Origin: Schmidtea polychroa
Lineage: Eukaryota
Direction: 5' to 3'
NCBI GenBank assembly: GCA_044892525.1
Contig: CM097885.1
Coordinates: 139,190,001-139,254,000 of the forward strand
Length of the DNA: 64,000 nucleotides
The translations under genes and the position numbers were made by a program. The notes below the pieces were generated by a model. The model was not told the origin of the DNA. It did no database searches and worked only from the letters and a program-made list of their open reading frames with translations. The stretch's first letter is position 1; each line of letters starts with the position of its first letter. Shown piece after piece: positions 41,884 to 54,833 of this stretch.

Positions 41884-42060
41884 GTAGCAGCATTTATTAT
41901 TTAAAACAATAAAATGATAATTTAAGCCTTTTGCTGCAAATAATGTATTTAATGAAAAATTTTCGACTATAAGATAGTCCTTGTCAAGGACTATCTTATA
42001 GTCGAAAATTTTTTCATTAAATACATTATTTGCAGCAAAAGGCTTAAATTATCATTTTAT
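41884..42060. repeat. 152-bp near-perfect palindrome (41909-42060) of the PLE-like family, flanked by (ATT)n on both sides
   Basis: 75/76-bp arms around a single T at 41984, differing by one indel. (ATT)n runs at ~41841-41861 and ~42063-42105. Confidence 0.95.
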
Positions 42061-42061
42061 G

Positions 42062-42105
<44 letters not shown>

Positions 42106-43233
42106 TTTAATTATTATTCAGTTAAGAAGTAATACCTTTGTTTTACGAATTTATTACGTGAAGTCTTAACACTATGAATTCCAAAGTACACTAATTTCTT
42201 TATGAAACTGCAATATACTATGTAAAACATGTGAGTGACCTTGACATCACATGTTGACATACTTATAATTATTATCTAAGAATAGTTTCCGAACATGACG
42301 TAATCATGTTGAAATATACTCGTATATTTATTAGTAATTTGTATCTAAATGAATGAGCTGTTGATTTACACTTTATCTTTTACAAAGACTTCGATGTTTC
42401 TTCCTCTTTTCTTAATTATAGTTACCAAATTATTTACATAAATATTTTTTACTATATCTTACAATAACTTGAACATTTACAATAGTGAACATTTATTAAC
42501 TCATTTACTGTGAATAAAAATTAAACTAAATACCTAAAGAAACACATACTTTACAATCACTGTTTTTATAACTATTCCTTTTAATAATTATAAATTTAAT
42601 AAACTTATTTCCTAAGAAATTTTACATAGGTCAGTGATTCTTTTAATTGTGTTTAATTACGTCAATTTTAAAAGAATGTACGCTATTGTCATTTATTTTA
42701 GGATTTTTATGCCACAGAAATGACCAAGGTTGTTAAAGTAAGAATCACATTAAAACATAAGACCCTCATATCTACTTTTATGGACATTTTATTCAATTTT
42801 ATTGTCAATTTTAAAATGATTGAAAATTAATCAAATTGGTTCTTTCAAGAGTTCTAGATATCATATGATATTTATAAGGAAATCACAACTAAATAAAGAA
42901 ATTAACCAAAAAGACCCAAAGTCTAAATGTAAATGGGTCATGTGAAAGCTTGTACATACTAAAAATAAACGTATCTTTTATTCAATGCTAATTTTCGCAA
43001 TAAGTTTTTATTATTTTAATGCGCTCTTGAACAATTTATGACTCCATTAATGCAATTGTTATGAATTATTTATAGTTGACATTTGGTCAATATAAGCTAA
43101 AAACATTATAAAGTTTTTATTGAAAAATTCTCCATTATAAATAAATCTTAAGATGGACTTCCAATATTTGAAAATTAAAAAAAATATTAATTGGATTTTT
43201 CCTAAAAATACCTAAAGATATATCAAAAACATC

Positions 43234-43325
43234 GATATATTTACTGATTCATAGTCTCCAAGCTTTTTAATAAATACAATAGAAAAGTAATCAGTGGTGA
43301 AATTTGAAAAAAGTTCTTATAATAA
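43234..43325. repeat. Dispersed ~95-bp repeat, second copy at 57973-58070
   Basis: GATATATTTACTGATTCA...AATAAATACAAT...AATCAGTGGTGAAATTTGAAAAAAGTTCTTATAATAAA occurs in both. Confidence 0.75.
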
Positions 43326-44699
43326 AAATACTTTATTTAAATATATTTAAAATGGCTCTTTGTAAATAAATTATGAAATTAGAAATTTCTAATTTTCTTT
43401 ATTCAACTTCTTTTGATAAATATATTTTAATATTGGGTCGAATTGGAAATGCTTATTTTGAATACCCAAGGGAATGTTTTCTCTTCTAATATTAATTTCT
43501 ATTATTAAAAAGTTTCATTTTCCATAAATATTATAAATGGCTAAATAAATACTGTCTCTTCTGAGATTTTCATTTGAATAAAGCTATTATATTTATAAAT
43601 TTTTCTTTATATTTAATGAAATTTATTATATTGAAACAGTCACGGTTTCATTGAAAGAAAATTTGTGTCTAACTGAATATACAATCACAATGAGACTCTG
43701 TAATTTTAATTAATGTTTTTTGTAGTGTTTTAATGATAAATAAAAGTATTTGTTCATGAAAGCAAAAATGTGAGACTTCCTTGAATATGAAGTAATCATT
43801 TTCTAACTATTGTATTGAATGCGGAGATGAGAAAGATACAAATGATAATTTTTATGAGAAGTTAAATTAAAAAATTTCAAAATGCAGAAAGTATAATATA
43901 CCACATTCTTTCAAGGTGCTGATGCTCATTCTTTATTATAATAAAATCACATTGCAACAATTTTACATTGTAATATTAGCTTAAAACATACAATAAAAAT
44001 ACGTCTTTATTTTGAAACTTTCATTCCGTTAGTCCGTGTGATTTTAACATTTTTATTGTAATGTCGGATTAAAATTAGGTTACTATGAAGAATTTATAAA
44101 CTCATTTTTTTGATGTTGATCAAAACATTTAAATAGCGACTGCCATCAATTTAATTAACTTATTTCCTTTCTTAGATTTTGATAATTGAATTACTATTCA
44201 TATAGGCAGCTATTTGATTAGTTTCAATAATTTTGAAAGTACGTATCATATTATCATTATATTCTTTTATAAATTAAATTTTGATCTTAGTAGTTTAATA
44301 AGATACTTATTCAAACCAAATTGTAAAATAAATACGTTTCGAATTCAAAATACATTATATATTATCCTTAAAATCTTTTATCCTTTTCACTATCAATCTA
44401 TTTTTATTTTCAAATTTTTTTATATCGAAATTTCTGTTAAATTAATACAAATATTGTTTTAATGTTTGAAAATAAATAAAGATAAAACAAATTTACATTA
44501 CATAATACTTCACATTAAAATGTATTAAATAGTTTTTTGTATGAGGAATATTAATTTATTAATTAATATTTTAATTTAATTATTTTCTACCAATAAAATT
44601 TTATGCTTAATTTTTTCGTGCATCATTAATCCGAGATATTTAAAAAAAATAATTTCCTTTATGCCATTTTTTACGGATGAAAATTGATCATTATTAGAT

Positions 44700-47600
44700 G
44701 TTTGATTTCTTAAATTAATAACATCCATAATATTTCATAACAAAACTACATTTTCAAAAACAACATCTAATCTCTCTTATTTAAACAATCTCTGTTTTCG
44801 CAAGCATGAGTTAATTGAATAGGGAATATTCGTACACAAGCATTCAATAAATATTTTATACTTTAATTTTCAATCATTCTTAAATATGTTTAATTTATTA
44901 TTTTAATTATAATCTACTTTTACTATATTACTTAAATCTATTTACAACTGGAAATTAAATACTTATTCTATTTAATTACTTTCACTTCACCCTTTTTTAA
45001 AAAGCTTTAGCCACTCTATGTTTCTTATAAGCCTTTTTCCATTCTCAAATATATCCAATATATCTATCATCGTCTTTGTTGTTATCATTTCTTTTTACCA
45101 GCACTATTTCTCCTACTTCGAATTTTCTTTCTGTTATTGTGTTAAAACCCATATTCTCAACCGACATATTTGTAGACCATTCTTGATATATTCTTTTTCC
45201 AAAAACTCTTTCACTTGGCGTTTGTCTAATTGTTTTCTGAAATGTAGAATTTAACATAAACTCGAACTTCGACTTAACATAAACTCTACCCAATTCTTGT
45301 GATCTTTATCTTTTAGAGTGATATGGATTGTTCTGAATTGTCTTTCGATTAGGACGTTTGCTGAATGATGGTACGGGATTGAAAATATAATTTTTTATGT
45401 TGTGCTCCTTCATTAAATTATCTTATCCATTGCTTTGCTCTCAAATGCTTTACCCCTGCCACAATGTAGAAATCTCGGCGCATCAAATTTTAAAATCCGA
45501 TTATTTTGTAACATTGTTATAACGGTTTTTTCGTCTTGTGATTTCATTGCGTGTAGTGCCACATATTTACTAAAACTATCGATAATTCCTATTATATATC
45601 TCATTCCATACTGACTTTGTATTAGTGAACCACAAGAATCTCTAAATATTGTTTCAAATAAACCTGGTTCTGGCATTATGCAAATTTTCTCTCTAGTTCA
45701 TGTCGTTGTAGTTTTCCTCTTTTGACAATTTTCACAACTTTGAACTACGTCTTGGATCGTTCGTTTCATGTGTCTCATTGAAAAATTATTTGACACATAT
45801 TTCTCAATTTTTATTGGACCAGCATGACACAGTTTCTTATTATACTTTTTAATGAATTCAATTCTTTTTCATTCGGAATCCATATTTTATTGTTTTCTGT
45901 CAATATTACTCCATTCTTTATTATGAATTTGTTACCCTCCTTTTGTTTTATGTTGTTTATGATTTCTGTAATTTCTTTTGAATTCTTTTGCCATTCTTGT
46001 TCTGGGTTTTCTGTCATTATTGCCAAAAGTTTCGTTTTCAGTTTACCTGTCTTTGGATTAAGATGGATGGTTAGGCATTGAACGCATACATTCACTTCTT
46101 GACAATGCATCTGGATTGCAATGTTCTTCTTCTTTCCTAAATTGAAATTCTATTTTCAAACTAATTAAATAATTTATCCATGTCTGGAATTGTGGAGTGA
46201 TAGGTTTCTTTGTCTTCATCATATATGTTATGGTTTTATGATCCGTGCGTAGTATAAATCTTTTCCCATATAGGTGATGTTTAAGATGATTTTTGAAATA
46301 ATATATTGCTAAAAGTTCTTTTCTTGTTATGCAATAACCCACCTCGTGTTTCGACATAGCATGCGATCCATAAGCAATAACATTTTCCTTTCCAGAACTA
46401 TCTGTCTGTGACAAAACAGAGCCAATACGATTGAAGCTAGCGACCGTATTTAATATGAAAGTTTTTGTAAAATCAGGAGACCCTAATATTGGTGTATTAA
46501 CCCAGATAAATCTACTGTCCTTTTAAAAGGACAGTAGGTAATCTGTTACAAATTAAAATATTTTATCATATGAGAACATTATTTTTGATACAATTTTTTA
46601 TTATGGCGAGACTAGATGGTATAGTAATGACAATGCATATTTTTTTTATTAGTTGGCATTGGGCTTTTGTACCAATATAACCTAAGAATTTGTAAAAATA
46701 TTATCAAATATAAGAAAGAAATGTTTCAGGAATAACTGGGTTAATCAGTTTCGTAAATGCACTTTCACATTCTTCTGTCCAAATCAACTTCTTTTCTTTG
46801 CTTGCACAAAACTTTTCTAAATGTTTTGAATCTTCTGTATAATCCTTTATACATTTTCTATAGTAATTGGTTAATCCTAAAAAGCTTCTTAATTTCTTAA
46901 CACGTTTGGGTCTTTCAAATTCTTTGACTGCTTTAATTTTTTCTTCTTCTGTTTTTACTCCATCGTTGCTGATTATATGTCCGAGAAACTTTACTTCATT
47001 TTTCAAGAATCGACATTTTGATGGACTAATTTTCAGTCCTGCCTGTTCTATTTTCTTGAAAACATTTTCGATATTTTCGTAGTGTTCTTTTAATTCTTTT
47101 GAAAATATAAGGATATCGTCCAAATACACTGTCGCTATTTTCCAATTAAGTTCGCCTAATACCATGTGCATTAATTTTTGAAAGGTTGCCGGAGCTGCTG
47201 CTATTCCAAATGGCATCCGGTTAAAACAATATTGTCTGTTTTTAGTAGAAAATGCTGTCTTCAGTCTCGATTTTATATCAAGATATACTTGGTAGTACGC
47301 ATTACCTAAATCAATTGTGCTGAAATATTTTGCACCTCCCGACGTATCTAATAATTCATTTGTATTTGGGATTGGAAATATCGGTCGTTCTGTGACATTG
47401 TTTAGTGCTCTAAAATCCAGACAAATTCGTACATCATTTTAATCTTTTTTCTTTACACACACTAAAGAAGTGTTCCATAGTGATTTACATTCTTTAATGA
47501 TTTCAAATTTTTCCATTTCTTTTATATTTTCATCAATCTTTCTAATCAAATGGGCTGTCTGTCGCCTTGGATTAATCACGATAGGTCTTCCTGATGTTAG

Positions 47601-49000
47601 AATATCACGAGTTATTAAATTTGTCTTACCAACATCCCATTTGTGTTTCATAAAACTTGACTCAAATTTTCTGCATAGCTTTCTAACATTACCACCTTTA
47701 CATTGGTTACATTCACTCAATTCTTTCACGTTTTTTATTCAAGCAATAGTTACATCGTCATTTAATAAACTGCCCTTCATCTTTAATATTATTTCGAATT
47801 TTCTCAAGGAGTCTATTCCTCCAATTACCTTTGATGAATTCTCTTTGGCCGCAATATATTCAATTATTCTCGTCTCTTTCGTTCCCACTATTTGAACTGC
47901 AATATTTACCTTTCCTACTATAGATTCCGGTGACTCATTTGCACATCTTAAGTTAACATAAAATGTCTAAATTAAACTTTCCTATCTTTTCTAATACATT
48001 TTCATCAATAACACTGATATTTGCTCCTGTATCTAATAAACAGCATACTTCATTCTCATTGATCAATAATGTGACACTTGGTCTACCATTTAATTTATTA
48101 TATTTAATTATATTATTATTATAATTTATATCATTAATATTACAAACATACTCTATAACATTTCCAAAACCATCTAACCTCAATCCATTATTACACCAAT
48201 CACTATAAATATCTGCATCGGAGACGCATTTACAATTACCATCATTACTTATGTATTCACATTTCTCATTATTTAATACATGTAAATAATCATCATACAA
48301 ACAGTCATCATTCCCCATTCAACATATAACTCATACTTACTGCAGTGCTCCGATTACCTCCTCTTGGGTATTGATTTTCCTGTTTTTCTTCTATTGCCGC
48401 AACTAATATTGTAGGTTTCTGAAATTTCTGCCATTTCCTTGGAATTTTCCTCGTATGTTTTCTTGTTCATTTTCTCTTATATCTCTGAAATTGTTTCTTA
48501 ATTGAAAGCACTGGTGTTTGAAATGTCCTGCTCTGTCACATTGATAACATTTAACATTTGGAAATTCTGCTCTTCTATGGCCTTCTTCATGACATACCCG
48601 GCATCTGAACTTTGGCCTATTGTTTCTTTGGAATTCTTGATTATCAAAATTAGATTGTTTGTTCGGATATTCTCGATTCTGTTTTGGTTCGCTGAATGTA
48701 TTTCTTCTAGGCATATCGTTATGTCTGTGTAATATTGGTCTTACTGGAATATTTACAGCTTTTTTTACCATATCCGCGTATATCGTTTCAGTTCCCACAA
48801 CTGCCATCGAGTCACTGTTTCGATTTAACTCTTTTACTTAGTTTTTCGTGTTTTTTAATTCTCTTTTTCATTTCGTTCACTGATTTATATTCATTTAATC
48901 TCAATGAAAGCTCTTTTTCATTTAACTCGTGTTTCAGAATTCGTTTTGATAATTTCTTAATTATTGGAAAATATGAACTTTCACATTATCATTGATTTCT
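44700..49000 (-). mobile_element. Ty3/Gypsy LTR retrotransposon, decayed, 5' LTR not found
   Basis: gag with twin CCHC (CYQCDRAGHFKHQC), protease LLDTGANISV, RT PFGIAAAPATFQKLM/YLDD, RNase H LRTDHK and integrase IIDSFSKY/GRGKAF. PPT AAAAAAGGGTGAAG at ~45000-44987. The LTR extent on the left is approximate. Confidence 0.92.
46501..46740. mobile_element. TTAA-flanked 240-bp MITE-like insertion inside Gypsy pol
   Basis: TTAA duplicated at 46497-500 and 46741-44, with CCCAG...CTGGG ends. Removing the insert restores the KLIN-TPILGSPDF reading of pol. Confidence 0.8.
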
Positions 49001-49080
49001 TGTGACTAAAATTCTATGAAAATTACATATTTGTTCTTGATGTTAAATTAAGTAATTATATCCTTTTTCGTTATGAATAA

Positions 49081-49460
49081 TTAAACATACATGGCAACGA
49101 TTTAATTATAGGAAAGTGGCCACTCAAACATTCGTTTCACTATATATATTTCGACAGTTTTCCTGTCATCATCAGGTAGGATATAATAACTATAGAATTT
49201 ATAGATTTTTGAACAAATTATATCAAATTTTTAATAAAAATATTTTATTCTTTAAAAATTATAATTCAAACAACACACTATAAAATTTTAAAATATTGAA
49301 ATTTAATTTAATAATTTAATAATTATTTAATTTAACATCAAAAATACATACATACAATATACAAAAAATTATTTAATTATTTCAAAACACAAGTATTTAC
49401 TGCATTTTGCACATTAATTTTCGGATTCAACGATTTCAATTCATTCAAATCATTTATCCA
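49081..49460 (-). mobile_element. Penelope-like element 3' relic (endonuclease tail + pLTR)
   Basis: Minus-strand LKSLNPKINVQ resembles the PLE GIY-YIG C-terminal L.P.LN.Q tail, and a minimal hammerhead lies ~220 nt downstream. Confidence 0.6.
49138..49180 (-). ncRNA. Minimal type-I hammerhead ribozyme (canonical core)
   Basis: CCUAC-CUGAUGA-U-GACAG(GAAAA)CUGUC-GAAA-UAUAUA-UA/GUG. It has the complete core, a perfect 5-bp stem II, a palindromic stem III and an AUA triplet. Stem I is only 3 bp. Confidence 0.75.
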
Positions 49461-49772
49461 TTATGTAGTCGATTTTCCATTTAAAATAATTTGTTTTAAT
49501 TTTTAAAGTCATGTGGAAAATACTTTGTACGTAAAATGATGAAAATTCGAAAGATTTATTTCAGTCTTAGGTATTTGATTTACGATCATTTTTTTAATTA
49601 TTTCCCATTGATTGTCTGATTGTTCTTAATTGATATATTTTCAATGCTAAGAAAAGTCCATTTAGAAAACAATGAAATTTGATTAAAGTATAATTAATTG
49701 AAAAATATTTTTTTCATTTACAATTAAATTTTTTCTTTTAAGTTTTTTTTCTCATAAAATATGTATTTACAT

Positions 49773-49919
49773 NNNNNNNNNNNNNNNNNNNNNNNNNNNN
49801 NNNNNNNNNNNNNNNNNNNNNNNNNNNNNNNNNNNNNNNNNNNNNNNNNNNNNNNNNNNNNNNNNNNNNNNNNNNNNNNNNNNNNNNNNNNNNNNNNNNN
49901 NNNNNNNNNNNNNNNNNNN
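49773..49919. other. Assembly gap (N run)
   Basis: 147 N. Confidence 1.
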
Positions 49920-50561
49920 TCAAATTTCGTTTTTTAATTCTGATTACTATTTTATTTATTCTTTTTGATCTTTAAAGTTTTAATTACTTTTACTTTTATC
50001 CATATTATTTTTACCTTTACTTTATATTTTTAGAATCTTTTATATAATGTTTTTCAAAAAATTAAGGAAATGTCTAAGAAACTAAACTTAAAGATATGGA
50101 TTAATGTCATCACAATTTGCAATTAAGGAATAGACTAATGGAAAATTAATAGATTTAATGAAAGTATAAGTTTTTTATGAAAATAATATCAAAATCAATT
50201 GATTAAGATAATTAAACGTTTAAATGGATTAAATAAATGAAAAGAATTTTTGGTTTTACGCCTTTTGATTTATATATGAGTTGCTTAAGTGTTGTAGAAG
50301 TTCAAACTAATATGCCTAACAACCATCACGCAGAACTCAAGAAAGGCAAGATCCACAGCTTTATAATTAAACAAAATTATTTTCAATTTTTAATACATTT
50401 GATAGCTACAAATACTATATCTAAGAAAATGATTAACTGCTTAATTGTATTAAAAAGACCCTATTTGTTAAATAAATAAAAGACAAGAGAAGTATCAAAT
50501 AGTTGTGCAAAATATAGCATGACATTCCATATTTTTTTTATAGAGTCATTTTAACAGTTAA

Positions 50562-50778
50562 CCGTTTGCGGACGGAATTAATTTTAATAAGTAGTATATA
50601 TTTTAGCATAATTTTTTAGTATACGAATACCCGATATTGTGGTATGATTGTTTTAAAGTTTGGCCATTATACATTGCAGAACGTCTGGAACAAAATTCGT
50701 GGCCAGCATTGCAGGCCTACCATCCGCTATCGTATAAGCCATTTAAGGCCGGTGTGCTGGCCTGCTGTCCGCAAACGG
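50562..50778. mobile_element. piggyBac-like TTAA MITE, 217 bp
   Basis: TTAA + CCGTTTGCGGAC ... GTCCGCAAACGG + TTAA (perfect 12-bp TIR). Confidence 0.9.
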
Positions 50779-52261
50779 TTAATTTTAAAATATCTCTGAA
50801 TACTCGTAATAATAAAAATTACTTTATATTAATGATTATATAAATAAAAATTTAAATGTAGTAATTTAAATGTAGTAACATAAGTATTGAATTTATATTA
50901 TATTTTACATTAATGTTTGTAATAAAACAAATATGCGTAACAGTTATAATTAAAATACCAACTAAAACTTATATAAAGTATGTTTTGTCGGTATAAAATT
51001 TAAAAGAATCATTAAACCATAACTCAATGAAAATCACATGCAGTGATCTTCGAGTTTGTAAATTAGTAAACAAATCTTAAATAAAAAGCTGTGCCGCAAA
51101 TTCGTGATAAATAAACAAAAAATTAATTTATAATCTCAAAAATGATAATAATTAAAATAATTAAAATAATAATTAAAATAAAAATGACTAATAATTAAAA
51201 TTTTTGAATTAGTGAATTATTTTTATGTGGATATTAATGAAAAAGTGCACTGCTTTTATATTTAACAAAGAATGCAAAAAAAAAATCTTTAAAATAAAAA
51301 CATCAATGCAGTTTCTTTGAAACAAAGGGTTTTTTTATATTTTATAATTCTTTCTCTTCGAAAGTTTGTTATATCACAATTTCGAACGTGATTGAAAATT
51401 TGTGAAAACTAATGAAGTATTTTACCTAAGTTCTTATTCTTATGATAAATATATTATAGGATGACACTGTTAAATATAGTAAAAAAATATTCAGTAATTT
51501 TCAAATGATTTACTAAGAAAAACTCACCAGTCAAATGGTTTATGTAATTGACAGTCATGTCGAAAAGTTTACATAAACAGATTCATTAAAATCTTTTTAC
51601 TTCACCGTCGATCTGTTTTCATTTACAATTTCCTTTATCTATAGACCGAAAGAATGAATAAATAGTATCGAAATTTTTTTTAAATTATTTTATTATTTTT
51701 GTTTCAGATAACAAAAAATTAAACTCAAACACAAATTTTTTTTCAATTTTCATTCTTTTATTGAAACTATATTTTAAGTGATATGATGATTATTAATTCT
51801 CAATTTCTGTCTATAATAAAATGTTTTAATTTATTGCGAAAAAACCGTTACCTCAATTAATTAATATTTTACTAAAAAAATTTTTTTTAATTTTTATTTA
51901 TTTGTTGCTATTAATGAAACAGTTGGAATTCTCGGTAAGAATTATTTATTAAATATAAATGAAATTCTTTTATTTTAATTTCATTACTGTGACTTTTAAA
52001 GATTAATTTCATTTTTTATTCAATTAATTTAGAGTTTCCTTTTTTATCGAATCCAAATTAATGTTCAATTAATTTTTTTTTGAATTTTATGAACACCAAA
52101 TTTATTACCTAGGTTGATTTTTTTAATAATTTAAATTTATTCGATTCCTAAAATTCTGATAGAATTATTGTAATTTATTACATTACCATTGAAAGATAAA
52201 TTTACAATTTATTTTAATAATTAATCAGTTGTACGCTTTTTTGTAACACTTAGTTTTTTAA

Positions 52262-52426
52262 CCGTTTGCGGACGGTAGGCCAGCACTGCTGGCCACAAAT
52301 TTTTTTTCCTGGCATTCAACAATGCTGGTCAAACATTAAGAAAATCATACCATGATATCGGGCATCCGTATACTGAAAATGTTTATGCTAAAAATGTATT
52401 AATAAATTAGTTCCGTCCGCAAACGG
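52262..52426. mobile_element. piggyBac-like TTAA MITE, 165 bp, same family in inverted orientation
   Basis: Same TIR and TTAA flanks. The internal sequence is the reverse complement of 50562-50778 minus 52 bp. Confidence 0.9.
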
Positions 52427-54671
52427 TTAAATCCAGTTTTAGCCCTATTATGTATAATAATTTTAAAACAAGTTATATAGACAAGTCTTGCCACAGGGTT
52501 GCATTTTTAGACTCGTAGACAGTATTGGTTGTCCTTGTGATCTTGAAGTATAGCAAAACAGGAAACAGGTATACGCAGGAATAATTGTGAATATATTAGA
52601 ATTGAAATTAAAATCAACGATACATTTTTAAAAATAGCCTACTCTTTTTTAAATTATAATTGCTACAATATCGACACATTTTCGAATTTTCATTTGTCGC
52701 AATTATTTTTGACGTGTAAGTTTTAAATCGCATCCTAATTGTGTGATATTGTGTTTTACAATTTTCAGAAATTGAGAATTTATTTTTATCAAGAATATTT
52801 CGAAATCATGAAATAAAGTAAAACATTCGTATTTAAATTGTGTTTGGTGCAAACTATTGATGGCTTGTGTATATACACCTGGCTCCGTTTGATAAGAAAT
52901 TTGCAACGTGTATTGGATTGTCATACACTGCATGCCTAGAATTAATTTATGTTTATTGAATTTTTAATTTACTTTAAATAACATTTTTATATAAATTTAA
53001 ATAATAATTATTTTTAATGAATTTTTTTTTAATTATTTAGTCATGGTTTTTAGACATTGAATTTCATAAAATAATGAATAAAAAAATTATTATTATTGGT
53101 AAATAATATGATTTTTGAAAATTTATTTAATATTACAATTAAAGATTTCAAATTTCATTATATTAAGAAGTTAGTCAAAAAAAATACTCCAATTCCCATT
53201 ATGGAACGCAACGATTATTTTAATCACGATTTTGCTAGTGTCTTTTATTATATTAAATTTGTGGTGAGAGAAAATTTATTTTTCTTGTCTATTTCGAATC
53301 CTATAAAAAAACGTTCTCCAGCGTAACAAGATATATAGTGAAATCTATTTTTTTTATTTATTGAAAGGGTTTTCCAGTGGAATAGGGTATAATAATTCTC
53401 AATTTGATAGCTTATCTTTATTTTAAATAATAATATGAATCAGGCTTTGAATACCTTTTTATGCAGTTTTATTCTCTCTGAAATTTAGTATTATATATAC
53501 AACTTGTTGTTAAGGAAGTTTGAAGAATTCCCCGCAATCTTTAACGCCGTGAATATACATAATAGTATATGAATATGCAATCAAATTTTAATATTTTATT
53601 ATACATAAATACAAATGCAATAAGATTTGCATTTTCCGAATTAAATTGCAGTCAATTATTGTTACATAACCAATAAATTTTCTTTTTTACGGATTTATAT
53701 GAAAATGATCATTCAATTTGCTTAAAATATTTTGTCGGACAAAATTAGTACGCAATCAGGTACCGTATACTAATTTTTAATTTTCCACGTTGAAATAAAA
53801 ATGAATAAATATATTTATTTTATGTTATTCTCAACTATATATGTACATTAATTGTAACTTTATTTTTGTTCTATAAATAAAAATGTTTTAAAATATTATT
53901 CTTTTGAACTCCATAACCCATTTTCCTGTTCCTTGTTGCCTTCTCATGCAAATGGCCAATTATTATATGTTTGTTTATCAAAATAAAGTTTTTGCGTTAA
54001 CAAAAATATCCTTTATTTTGATTTCAATATGAGATCACTAAAGATTTTTCATTTAATTTATCATTATTCCTTCATCATTCATTGTTAATCGGAAGTCGTA
54101 TTGTAATTTTAAATTGATAATTTTTTAAAAGAAATGTAAAAACCTTTTTCGTTCAAAATTGTTTTTATGGATAACAAAACTAACTAGTTAATGAGATGGG
54201 TATTATGACAGTTTAAACAATAAAACTTTACTTTTACTAAGTTCTAAAAGTACAGAAGCTCTTTTAATTTTGAAAGAATCATATTTTTAAATTAAAATTT
54301 AAAAAGTATCGAAAAATTCCAAAGATCTGATATTATAATTCATTGTGTAACTTTCGGTAGATTTTGCAAAATAACACTTATCTAGAATTTTGTAAAATTT
54401 AAGATTAATCGCATTTTTTTCTATTGTTGTTTAAAAAATGTTTAAATGAATTGATAAGTTAATCAATTGAATAATTGTATATTACTGTTTTGAACTGTTG
54501 CAAACCTGTCGGTTATTAAATTACATTTCTTAATAAATGCTTTTTGGTTTAATAAGTTAATTCAAAATTAATTTAATTATGATGAAATAATCCATTTTCA
54601 ATTACTGGTATATAATTTTATATAACTAAATGTGATTAAAAAAAAATTGAAAAATTAATTTAATTTTTTAT

Positions 54672-54753
54672 TGACCCGCGTATAAGTCGAAGTGGCTATT
54701 TTGACTTGAAAATTTTTACGTAAATTTCTCGACTTATACGCAAGTATATACGG
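54672..54753. mobile_element. Right-end fragment of a MITE related to 18025-18602
   Basis: TCGACTTATACGCAAGTATATACGG+TA resembles the TCGGCTTATACACGAGTATATACGG TIR. Confidence 0.7.
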
Positions 54754-54833
54754 TATATTTAAAATAAAATACTAACTTCATGAATTTCGATTGTTGTAAT
54801 TAATTAAATTTATAATTAAATTTTTTACATTTA

